From NCBI RefSeq assembly GCF_035084215.1, contig NW_027139623.1:2666001-2730000 (forward strand): 64,000 nt of DNA. The letters run 5' to 3'. Of the stretch, positions 53,051 to 64,000 are shown one piece after another (position 1 is the first letter of the stretch; each line of letters opens with the position of its first letter). This DNA is from Heptranchias perlo. Its lineage: Eukaryota. The position numbers and the translations under genes are program-made. The notes under the pieces are model-generated. The model saw only the letters and a program-made list of their open reading frames with translations, searched no databases and was not told the DNA's origin.

Positions 53051-55989
53051 AGTGGCAGGGGGTTGGGAACCTGAGCAGGGAGAGAGAGGAAAGCGTAACA
53101 GGAAGGGACAGAAGGTATGGAGTAATAGGTAAAGTGTTAAAAAAGGAAAAAGCAGGAACTAAGCGTCACAAAACAGATTTGAAAGTTCTTTATCTGAATG
53201 CACGTAGCATTCGTAATAAAATGGACGAGTTAACGGCACAAATAACTACGTATGGGTATGATCTTGTGGCCATTACAGAAACATGGCTGCAGGGTGACAA
53301 CGACTGGGAATTAAATATGCCAGGGTATTTAACAATCAGGAAGGACAGGCAGGAAGGAAGGGGAGGCGAGGTGGCTATGTTAATAAAGGAAGGAATCACT
53401 GTAATACAGAGAAATGATATTGGGACAAAGCATCAAGATAATGAAACAGTTTGGGTGGAGATAAGGAATAATAAGGGGAAAAAAACATTAGTGGGCGTAG
53501 TATATAGGCCTCCTAATAGTTGCAACTCTGCTGGAAGAAGTATTAATCAGGAAATAGTCGGGGCATGTAATAAGGGAACAGCCATAATTATGGGGGATTT
53601 TAATTATCATATTAACTGGACAAATCAAATTGGGCAGAGCAGCCTTGAGGACGAGTTCATCGAGTGCATCAGGGATGGATTTCTTGAGCAGTACGTAACT
53701 GATCCTACAAGGGGGCAGGCAACCTTGGACCTGGTCCTGTGTAATGAGTCAGGATTAATTAATAATGTCCTAGTTAAGGATCCCCTTGGAACGAGCGACC
53801 ACAACATGGTTGAATTCCATATCCAATTAGAGGGTGAGAAGGTTGATTCTCAAACAAGCGTACTGAGCTTGAATAAAGGAGACTATGATGGTATGAGAGC
53901 GGAATTGATTAAAGTGGACTGGGAAAATAGATTAAAGGGTAAGACGGTACATGAGCAGTGGTGTTCATTTAGGGAGTTATTTTACAACTTTCAAAATAAA
54001 TATATTCCACTGAGGAAAAAAGGGTGTAAAAGAAATGACAGCCATCCGTGGCTAAGTAAAGAAATCAAGGATAGTATCCGACTAAAAACAAGGACATATA
54101 AGGTAGCCAAACTTAGTGGGAGGATAGAAGATTGGGAATTCTTCAAAAGACAGCAAAAAGTAACTAAAGGATTGATTAAGAAAGGGAAGTTAGATTATGA
54201 AAAGAAATTAGCAAAAAATATAAAAACAGATAGCAAGAGTTTCTATAGTTATATAAAAAGAAAAAGGGTGGCTAAGGCAAACATAGGTCCCTTAGAGGAT
54301 GAGACCGGGAAATTAATGGTGGGAAACATGGAGATGGCAAAAATGCTGAACAAATATTTTGTTTCAGTCTTTACAGTAGAGGACACTAAGAATATCCCAA
54401 CACTGGACAAACAGGGGACTCTCGGGGGGGAGGAGCTAAATACGATTAAAATCACTCAGGAGATGGTACTCAGTAAAATAATGGGACTCAAGGCGGATAA
54501 ATCCCCTGGACCTGATGGCTTCCATCCTAGGGTCTTGAGGGAAGTGGCAGTAGGGATTGTGGATGCTTTGGTGATAGTTTTCCAAAATTCCCTGGACTCA
54601 GGAGAGGTCCCGGCAGATTGGAAAACTGCTAATGTAACACCGTTATTTAAAAAGGGTAGTAGGCAGAAGGCTGGAAATTATAGGCCAGTTAGCTTAACAT
54701 CTGTGGTGGGTAAAATTTTGGAGTCTATTATTAAGGAGACAGTAACGGAACATTTAGATAAGCATAATTTAATAGGACAAAGTCAGCATGGCTTTATGAA
54801 GGGGAAGTCATGTCTGACAAATTTGCTTGAGTTCTTCGAGGATATAACGTATAGGGTGGATAAAGGGGAACCAGTGGACATAGTGTATTTAGACTTCCAG
54901 AAGGCATTCGACAAGGTGCCACATAAAAGATTATTACTTAAGATAAAAAATCACGGGATTGGGGGTAATATTCTGGCATGGGTGGAGGATTGGTTATCGA
55001 ACAGGAAGCAGAGAGTTGGGATAAATGGTTCATTTTCGGACTGGCAACCAGTAACCAGTGGTGTTCCACAGGGGTCGGTGCTGGGTCCCCAACTCTTTAC
55101 AATCTATATTAACGATTTGGAGGAGGGGACCGAGTGCAACATATCAAAATTTGCAGATGATACAAAGATGGGAGGGAAAGTAGAGAGTGAGGAGGACATA
55201 AAAAACCTGCAAGGGGATATAGACAGGCTGGGTGAGTGGGCGGAGATTTGGCAGATGCAATATAATATTGGAAAATGTGAGGTTATGCACTTTGGCAGGA
55301 AAAATCAGAGAGCAAGTTATTTTCTTAATGGCGAGAGACTGGAAAGTACTGCAGTACAAAGGGATCTGGGGGTCCTAGTGCAAGAAAATCAAAAAGTTGG
55401 TATGCAGGTGCAGCAGGTGATCAAGAAAGCCAACGGAATGTTGGCTTTTATTGCTAGGGGGATAGAATATAAAAACAAGGAGGTATTGCTGCAGTTATAT
55501 AAGGTATTGGTGAGACCGCACCTGGAATACTGCATACAGTTTTGGTCTCCATACTTAAGAAAAGACATACTTGCTCTCGAGGCAGTACAAAGAAGGTTCA
55601 CTCGGTTAATCCCGGGGATGAGGGGGCGGACATATGAGGAGAGGTTGAGTAGATTGGGACTCTACTCATTGGAGTTCAGAAGAATGAGAGGCGATCTTAT
55701 TGAAACATATAAGATTGTGAAGGGGCTTGATCGGGTGGATGCAGTAAGGATGTTCCCAAAGATGGGTGAAACTAGAACTAGGGGGCATAATCTTAGAATA
55801 AGGGGCTGCTCTTTCAAAACTGAGATGAGGAGAAACTTCTTCACTCAGAGGGTGGTAGGTCTGTGGAATTTGCTGCCCCAGGAAGCTGTGGAAGGTACAT
55901 CATTAGATAAATTTAAAACAGAAATAGACAGTTTCCTAGAAGTAAAGGGAATTAGGGGTTATGGGGAGCGGGCAGGAAATTGGACATGA
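53047..55989 (+). CDS. CR1 ORF2p (AP endonuclease + reverse transcriptase), no ATG before endonuclease motif I
   Basis: Uninterrupted frame: YLNARS, AITETWL, MGDFN, SDH, QHGF, DFQKAFD, PQGSVLGP, FADD, RPHLEY; start given is the first codon after the proposed frameshift. Confidence 0.93.
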   Translation, partial: LKWQGVGNLSREREESVTGRDRRYGVIGKVLKKEKAGTKRHKTDLKVLYLNARSIRNKMDELTAQITTYGYDLVAITETWLQGDNDWELNMPGYLTIRKDRQEGRGGEVAMLIKEGITVIQRNDIGTKHQDNETVWVEIRNNKGKKTLVGVVYRPPNSCNSAGRSINQEIVGACNKGTAIIMGDFNYHINWTNQIGQSSLEDEFIECIRDGFLEQYVTDPTRGQATLDLVLCNESGLINNVLVKDPLGTSDHNMVEFHIQLEGEKVDSQTSVLSLNKGDYDGMRAELIKVDWENRLKGKTVHEQWCSFRELFYNFQNKYIPLRKKGCKRNDSHPWLSKEIKDSIRLKTRTYKVAKLSGRIEDWEFFKRQQKVTKGLIKKGKLDYEKKLAKNIKTDSKSFYSYIKRKRVAKANIGPLEDETGKLMVGNMEMAKMLNKYFVSVFTVEDTKNIPTLDKQGTLGGEELNTIKITQEMVLSKIMGLKADKSPGPDGFHPRVLREVAVGIVDALVIVFQNSLDSGEVPADWKTANVTPLFKKGSRQKAGNYRPVSLTSVVGKILESIIKETVTEHLDKHNLIGQSQHGFMKGKSCLTNLLEFFEDITYRVDKGEPVDIVYLDFQKAFDKVPHKRLLLKIKNHGIGGNILAWVEDWLSNRKQRVGINGSFSDWQPVTSGVPQGSVLGPQLFTIYINDLEEGTECNISKFADDTKMGGKVESEEDIKNLQGDIDRLGEWAEIWQMQYNIGKCEVMHFGRKNQRASYFLNGERLESTAVQRDLGVLVQENQKVGMQVQQVIKKANGMLAFIARGIEYKNKEVLLQLYKVLVRPHLEYCIQFWSPYLRKDILALEAVQRRFTRLIPGMRGRTYEERLSRLGLYSLEFRRMRGDLIETYKIVKGLDRVDAVRMFPKMGETRTRGHNLRIRGCSFKTEMRRNFFTQRVVGLWNLLPQEAVEGTSLDKFKTEIDSFLEVKGIRGYGERAGNWT

Positions 55990-56744
55990 AGCTGAGTTCG
56001 GATCGGTCAATGCCCTGTGGGTGGAGGAGAGGGCCCAGGGGCTGTGTGGCCGGGTCCTGCTCCGACTTCTTGTGTTCTTTAGATTTGTGGTTGGGATCAG
56101 ATCAGCCATGATCTTATTGAATGGCGGAGCAGGCTCGAGGGGCCGATTGGCCTACTCCTGCTCCAATTTCTTATGTTCTTATGTTCTTATTCGAAAGTTG
56201 CCCCATTATATTTCACTCTGCATAGCGCAATATTTCTGTCTGATTTCTCAGGACAGGATTTATATTAATTCAAATAAACCGAACTGAAACACAAATAAAA
56301 ACTGAGCGCAAATCTGGAAGTTTCAGTGGCGACCGTCAAAAGTGAAAGGGATAAAGTATAGAAAAAATTAAAACCGAAAATGCTGGACTCAGCAGGTCCG
56401 GCAGCATCTTTGGAGAAGGGAAGCTCGGGTTAACGGTTCAGGACAATGACCCTTCAATCGATGAGAAAGGTTAATCCGACATAATTTAAATAAGGAACGG
56501 GAATCAGCAGAGGGAAAGACTTCATAAAATCAATTCATTTCACTGAATCCGGGCAATTGTGTCCCGTATCCACTGTACAGATCAGGGGAAATAATAATAC
56601 AAAGGAACAGTTAAATTCAACGTTATGTGGGAAATAAATGAATTATAAATGTATTTGTATATAAATTAGACCCGTTTGTGTTTTGGAAACACTATCCCTC
56701 TGAACATCATCCAATTCGGTTCCAGTCTTGGTGTTTCTGAATTC

Positions 56745-56813
56745 AGCGTGCTGGGATTCAAACCTGTTGGAATTAACTGCTTGAAAGGCAGCTCTACTCA
56801 ACATTATAGCGCC
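56745..56813 (-). pseudogene. Degenerate tRNA-Gly relic (copy 2)
   Basis: Paralog of 42536-42604. Confidence 0.6.
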
Positions 56814-58415
56814 TTATTTCACTCATAGGGATTGTTTCTGTGGAGTTTCGGACTGAATTGCTCCCTTTTGTCTTTCTCGCACTTTAATCATAGACAATAA
56901 ATATTTCCCAAACATCAGCCCCTGAACAGACACAACAAGCTGGTGGAATTTCTCATTCATAGATATTAAATAAGAGGATGGCAAAAGCGAAAAGGAAGAG
57001 GTTAGGAAGAAGTCACAAAAACAATTAGGGAAGCAAACAGGAACCAGGAAATCAAATTATCAAGGAATATAAAATGAAATATTAAATTATTCCACAGACA
57101 CAAAAATAACAGAAGGAAAATCAGAATATCTGAGTGCCACTTAGGGATTCACAAGATAAACTCACAGATAAGGTCAGCAACGGCAGAAACATTGAATTAT
57201 TATTTTGCCTCAGTATTTACCCGAGAGATTAACAGGGTGAATATGATATTAGAGGAAGGGGTCAATAAAGATATCAAGACATTTAAGTTAGAAAGGGTGG
57301 TGAAACTGGTCCAGATAGGTTGCATCCGTGCATATTATAAGAAGCTAGGGAAGAGATAGCAGAGGCACTGTTACATATATAGAAAAAATCATCACAAAAA
57401 GGAATAGTGCCAGAGGACTGGATGACAGTTAATGTGATTCTTATATTTTAAAACAGGAGATAGAACAAGTCCAGGGAACTAAAGGTCGGTGGTAGGAGTG
57501 ATCATGGAATATTTTACTCAATGATGCAATAGAAAAACATCTCGAAACCGAAAATATAATAAAGAAAAGTCAGCACGGATTTCAGAAAGGGAAGGTTTAA
57601 CAGTTTGGCAGAAGGTTTGACAGTTTAAATTACAGTTCAACATAACTTATCTGCTTTTCAATTCTATTCCTCTAGAAATAAACGCCAGTGCTGTGTTTGC
57701 TTTCTGTGGCCTCATCAACCTGTGTTGCTACTTTTAATGATTTGTCAATCTGTACCCCTAAATCCCTTTGCTCTTCTACCCTATTTTGACTCTTATTTTC
57801 CAAGCAGTATTTGGCCTCCTTATTCCCCCGAGCAAAATGCACCACCTCACACCTTTCTATATGGAAATTCAATGACCATTTACACGGCCTTTCAGCAAGC
57901 TTATTAAAGACTTCTTTTTTGTCGCAGTCTTCAGCGGTATAGACAAGGACCCCTAAATTAATCACAAGAATTTAACACAGCATTACAACTGACGTTTGAT
58001 CTAACAAAATGCAACTCGCCTCCATTCCGAGTTTTTATAAATCCCACCCGTGCAATATAATGTGAGGAATGAGTTTATCTTCTGTCCCTCTCTCATCTGT
58101 AAACTTCAATGACCCGGGGTTTGGGGACATCTACTGGCCGGAAGCAGAACTGCAACAGTTCGGAACAAATTGCTGAAACCGGACAATGTGCAGTGTGAGC
58201 GTGTTTGTGATTGGTGGCAGGTATCAAATCTGATTGGATATCTGATGAAACCAATCAGAGAGTGAAAGTAAATGTTTTGTGTCCTCACGCCCAATCGTCC
58301 AATCACAATCATTGCCTTCCCCCATCCCTCATTACCATAGGGCTGTGGGGCTGCCTATTTAATCCGAGCTCGGAGCGGATTTGGGTCATTTCTGGGTCTG
58401 AAATTGAGTTTGAAA

Positions 58416-58790
58416 ATGCCTGAGGACAAGAAAGCAGCTCCCAAGAAGGGCGCCAAGAAAACCTTGAGTAAAGCACCAGCCAAGGGCGGCAAGAAGCGGA
58501 GAAAGTCGAGGAAGGAGAGTTACTCCATCTACGTCTACAAAGTGATGAAGCAGGTTCACCCCGACACCGGCATCTCCTCCAAGGCCATGAGCATCATGAA
58601 CTCCTTTGTGAACGATATTTTCGAGCGCATCGCCGGTGAGGCTTCCCGCCTGGCTCATTACAACAAGCGGGCGACCATCAGTTCCCGGGAGATCCAGACC
58701 GCCGTGCGCCTGCTGCTGCCCGGAGAACTGGCCAAGCACGCCGTGTCGGAAGGGACAAAGGCGGTGACCAAGTACACCAGCTCCAAGTAA
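58416..58790 (+). CDS. H2B: Histone H2B (replication-dependent)
   Basis: Intact 124-aa H2B; differs from the 44218 copy at ERIAGE vs ERIASE. Confidence 0.98.
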   Translation: MPEDKKAAPKKGAKKTLSKAPAKGGKKRRKSRKESYSIYVYKVMKQVHPDTGISSKAMSIMNSFVNDIFERIAGEASRLAHYNKRATISSREIQTAVRLLLPGELAKHAVSEGTKAVTKYTSSK

Positions 58791-58827
58791 AACTCAACAA
58801 TGTACTGAAAAAAAACCTAAACACAAA

Positions 58828-58843
58828 GGCTCTTTTAAGAGCC
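58828..58843 (+). terminator. Histone 3' stem-loop (H2B)
   Basis: GGCTCTTTTAAGAGCC + ACCCA. Confidence 0.95.
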
Positions 58844-59778
58844 ACCCACAGTCTCTCTGAAGACGCTGTACCGACACCTCTGTATGGAATCATTTTACTG
58901 TAGATAGTTTGATACTAACTGTCTCTATAACTCATGTGCTTTTCTAATTTCTCTTGAAATCTGGAAGACTCTCATAATCACTGCCCGGTATAATCTGTGT
59001 GGCGCTTTTTTATTTAGTCCCAATAAACAAAAACGTGTCCCTGATCCTCTCATTCCCGTTCATATTCCGCCCCTTCCCCGCATCTGTCCCTTCAGAGCCG
59101 TTTTAAGGCGGTGGATTAGATTTCAGTCATTTCTTTCTCCTTTTTACGTTTCTTTGTTCATTTTTCGGGAATATCACTTTCAGAACCGCAATCCTTTGTA
59201 AAGCAGCAACACTGAAAGGGACTTCACACCGAGTCCAGAATAGTCTAAAGGCTCTGTCACTGTTCGACTTCTTACACCAGGAGTCTCGGCTCCGGTTTCG
59301 ATCGCGCTGCAGCTCCTGTGAACAGGGATCAATCCACAATCTGTGGTTTGTTACTTTTACAAAGATTGAGCTGGAATCTGTCCCGTTACAAAATGGGACT
59401 TTATTCCCGCCCGATTAAAAGCGAACGGTGAATGAAGCGGGATTTTAACCGGATTGTAAAAGATTCTGGATGTTGTGACGGGAAATGTGGAATAAAGAGT
59501 AAAAGGAGAGAGATTTTTAAATCTTTGTCTTTACGCGACATTATTAACTAAATCCGCTTCTTGTGTTACAAATATATTGGCGGGCTTTTCAAATTTGAAA
59601 AAACGGTTCAGTTCGGTTTTTTCCGCCCTTTTCTCATTGCCGGCTATTGATTGGTGATTGGGCTGTTCATTGAACCAATGAGTTTGAGAACAGATGAACC
59701 AATCACAAGTGCCCCCACTGCACTCCTCCAGAGGGTATAAGAAGGGCGAGTGCGGGAGGATTTCTTCATTCTTTGTGA

Positions 59779-60189
<411 letters not shown>

Positions 60190-60219
60190 AGCGGCCAAGA
60201 TTTAATCTGATAACCCAAA

Positions 60220-60235
60220 GGCTCTTTTCAGAGCC
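60220..60235 (+). terminator. Histone 3' stem-loop (H2A)
   Basis: GGCTCTTTTCAGAGCC + ACCCA. Confidence 0.95.
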
Positions 60236-61471
60236 ACCCACTGTATCGATGAAAGGGCTGGTTACTCTATGAACGGAGTTGGAAATTAATTTAAAAATAA
60301 ACAATCTGTTTCAGTTCTGGTGATTTTACGTTCCTTGATTCCGATTCTAGATCTAACTGCCTTCCATTAGTTAGAAACTAACGATATCTTCTTAAATACA
60401 AATGATCTGTTGCAGTACTCGCTTCCGGACAGTAGATGTCGCCAACCTCCAATAGTTTGAAATTTGCAGATTGTATCGGAAATGAGACACAAAATAATCA
60501 GTTCATTAAACTGGGCGGGTGGGATACAGAAATACCAGGTCAGTTTGATCATCGGCAACAAGAGGCACTCTATTGTGTTCCGGCCATTATTGTAAGTGTG
60601 ATTTACAGTCTCATCCTCCCACAACACTTACTCGGTCTGACTTCCATTTCCCAGACTTGTCCGCCAGAAGGTGACGGATGTGTTGATTATTGTGTCAGCG
60701 ATTGCTGAATCAGTGAATGAAATGTATCCGTTATTGGCTGTGAGAGGGATTTATTCTGTCCCTGGCAGTCTGTTCCTGTGTCAGTGACGAGTACCGCAGT
60801 GAATGTGACACTAAGTTTTACACTGATTCGACAGCTGGAGAGGGATAATAGACAAACTTCATTTGATCCGAGTCTGGTTCTTTAGAGGTTAAAATATTTC
60901 CAACAGAGCCAAGCTGATACTATATCGGAAATGAGAACTTGCATTTATTATACTTTGCACGAGTGCCCGAGCCTCTCCCTGTGCATATGTCCCAGTTAAA
61001 TTGACACTGGGGATGTGGATACCTGATGTGAAAGAGTAGGATCGAAATCAGATCTTTCTGTACCTGTTTGCCAGCACTTTCCCTGTTCAAATGTGGCACT
61101 GGAAGTGATGATGGGACTCAGTCTGCGCTGTATGAGTGGAATTCACCTCCCTCCAATCCTGGGTGTGATGTGTGAAAATTAAACTGTGTCCGTTTCAAAT
61201 TCCTGCTGTTGGTTAGTCTGGAATTGTCACCCTTGTCTGTTTGTGTAAATTGAACACTGCTACTTTACCTGCCCGAAACTTCACAGATCAGCTCTACTCC
61301 GAACTCTCTCTGGTGTTATAACGGGCGATATGAACAGTTTACAAATACGAGTCGTGCCCGCCTGACATCCGCTCCCTCCCTTCATGAATTTCCCGTTTTA
61401 GTATATTTTTACCTGCACTATCGCACCATTTCAACCCAGGAGATCACAGCTCTTTCCATCGCCGATTTGGT

Positions 61472-61487
61472 GGCTCTGAAAAGAGCC
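61472..61487 (-). terminator. Histone 3' stem-loop (H3)
   Basis: GGCTCTTTTCAGAGCC on the minus strand; HDE GAAAGAGCTGT downstream. Confidence 0.95.
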
Positions 61488-61520
61488 TTTGTTGCACTTG
61501 GTGCTGAAGCCGGGTCGGGT

Positions 61521-62000
<480 letters not shown>

Positions 62001-62787
62001 TTATAAAGTGTCTAAGGGGATCCGCCCCTGGCCTGTGATTTGCTGACGTCCAACACCCTATCAGGGAGTGACCGTCCCGGGACTGTGATTCGCAGGTTTG
62101 TACCGAGCTCTGACAGTCAGACCGAAACGGCGGGAGATATTGGGCCCCAATTGGCTGAGCTGAAATTAATCATCAATTTCAAAAAGCCCGCCAATTTCAG
62201 AACATCAAATAACAGTTTCAAGAAAATCTCATTTCCCTCCATCAGTTTAAGAATCCCTCTCTTTATAATCTCCATTATTTCCTACTCATCTCAAATCTCA
62301 GGCTGTTTCACATTCCGGTTCATTCTCTGATCTGTCTGTAAACGGGCGGGAATAAAGCCCCAGTCATTGCTTTCCGTAACGGGACAAAGTCCAGCTTCAA
62401 TTTCAAAAATCCCGCCAGTTCCGGCCCGGTGAACCGCTCCTCAAACAGAAACTTCATATCGAACTGATAATTGAATGAGGGCAGGAAATAAAGACCGAGC
62501 AGAGAGGACACAGCGGGAGAGGGAGTGAGGCGGGATTTTACTCTGAGCGGAGAATGTAATGTCTGGGGAAAGAGTCTGTATCACCGCCTGTTCATTTATA
62601 CCGTGAAAGCGGGAATTCCGCTCCTTCTCTCGGGATGGCCGAGAACCCCGGCCGTTGTTTCTGATCTCCCTGTACCGAGTGTTGGGGAATCTCCCCATAC
62701 TAATTAAATATCGGAAACTGATTCCCCACCCCGAGATCTTTCCTCTTCCCGTTCCCAGGTCAGTGCTCTCTCTGTGAGGCGGTGGGT

Positions 62788-62803
62788 GGCTCTTAGAAGA
62801 GCC
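62788..62803 (-). terminator. Histone 3' stem-loop (H4)
   Basis: GGCTCT-TCTA-AGAGCC + ACCCA on the minus strand. Confidence 0.93.
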
Positions 62804-62838
62804 TTTGTTTTGTGTCCGGTTTGAAAGGGTCGAGTTGT

Positions 62839-63159
<321 letters not shown>

Positions 63160-63235
63160 TCACTCAAATCGCTGCTGAATGAAAAACGAACTTCTGCTGC
63201 TTCCGCTTTTATGCAGCCTGCCCCGACCTGACTGA

Positions 63236-63298
63236 CCCTTGGTGTTGTAAAATTGTTTACAATTGTCAACCCCAGTCCATCACCGGCATCTCCACATC
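63236..63298. mobile_element. Penelope terminal fragment (tail only) inserted in the H4 promoter
   Basis: Matches 878-938; flanked by duplicated CTGACTGA at 63228-63235 and 63299-63306. Confidence 0.85.
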
Positions 63299-63314
63299 CT
63301 GACTGAAACAGACA

Positions 63315-63505
63315 CAGGGAGGGGAGGAGACAGAGTGAGATATTAAACAGAGAGGGGAGGAGACAGAGTGAGATATTAAACAGAGAGGGGAGGAGACAGA
63401 GTGAGATATTAAACAGAGAGGGGAGGAGACAGAGTGAGATATTAAACAGGGAAGGGAGGAGACAGAGTGAGATATTAAACAGGGAGGGGAGGAGAGAGTC
63501 AGAGT
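63315..63505. repeat. 33-bp minisatellite, ~5.5 copies, upstream of H4
   Basis: Unit GGGAGGAGACAGAGTGAGATATTAAACAGAGAG. Confidence 0.93.
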
Positions 63506-64000
63506 GACGGACAGAGCGGAGAGCGGCCTCTGATCTTCCAGCTCCACCTCCAGCTTTCTCCACCCGCCAATTTCAAACCGTTTCTCGATAATAGAACCGA
63601 AACACAGCGCTCCGCACAAACCCTTACAGACTCGGGCTTCATATTCAAGGATTCCCAGAAACCCGGAGCTTTTAAATAAGCCCCGTTACAATTAACAGTC
63701 AGTAATATTCCTGCCGAAATACAGTCCCTTCTCTAACAAGTCAACCCGCCTCCTTCCATTTCAGTCCCAGACCCGATTCGATCTCCCCACACATCCCCTC
63801 CCAGACGGGTTCAGCAGTTTACAAACACTTCATTCCAGCTGATTTGGAGAATCTCATGTGTTGGGGTTTAAATTGTGATAGCGGCGGATCTCCGCCAGTT
63901 TTACCCTGTCACAGACTCGCGCCCTGAATCTGTGAGAAAAAATGAACTGGGACTGGAGCCGAACACACGCCAGTTCCAGTGAGGCCCGGCCCGGACATCC

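Larger units (their letters stand above)
52063..56190 (+). mobile_element. Young CR1 LINE with intact ORF1 and ORF2
   Basis: Absent from the paralogous sites at ~36274 and ~41942; ends in (TTCTTATG)n; 3' hairpin GGAGCAGG...CCTGCTCC. Confidence 0.95.

Overview
Vertebrate genomic DNA, most consistent with a cartilaginous fish (shark-type GPR139-like gene, MEKPWKC-type C2H2 zinc-finger gene, CR1/L2/Penelope repeats). The left half (1-28 kb) holds many decayed LINE fragments, a two-exon GPR139-like receptor gene, a 19-finger C2H2 gene with a CpG-island promoter, and a decayed hAT/Buster transposon. The right half (28-64 kb) is a replication-dependent histone cluster built from about three partly deleted segmental repeats. 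Each repeat carries a CpG promoter module, 46-bp and ~80-bp satellites, tRNA-Gly or its relic, and H2B>H2A>, with <H3 <H4 in the last unit; there is also an H2A pseudogene and an H3 3' remnant. Most notable: (1) an intact CR1 LINE whose ATG-less ORF2 overlaps ORF1 in the -1 frame at a correctly phased G_GGU_UUA_AAC_UAA slippery site, suggesting programmed -1 ribosomal frameshifting; (2) a Penelope family carrying minimal hammerhead ribozymes, present as a 2.2-kb RT/GIY-YIG copy, two ~200-bp hairpin mini-copies with 11-bp TSDs, and a 63-bp insert in the H4 promoter; (3) eight oriented CTCF-like sites bracketing the satellites and the histone genes. All calls are by eye; no databases or folding programs were run.
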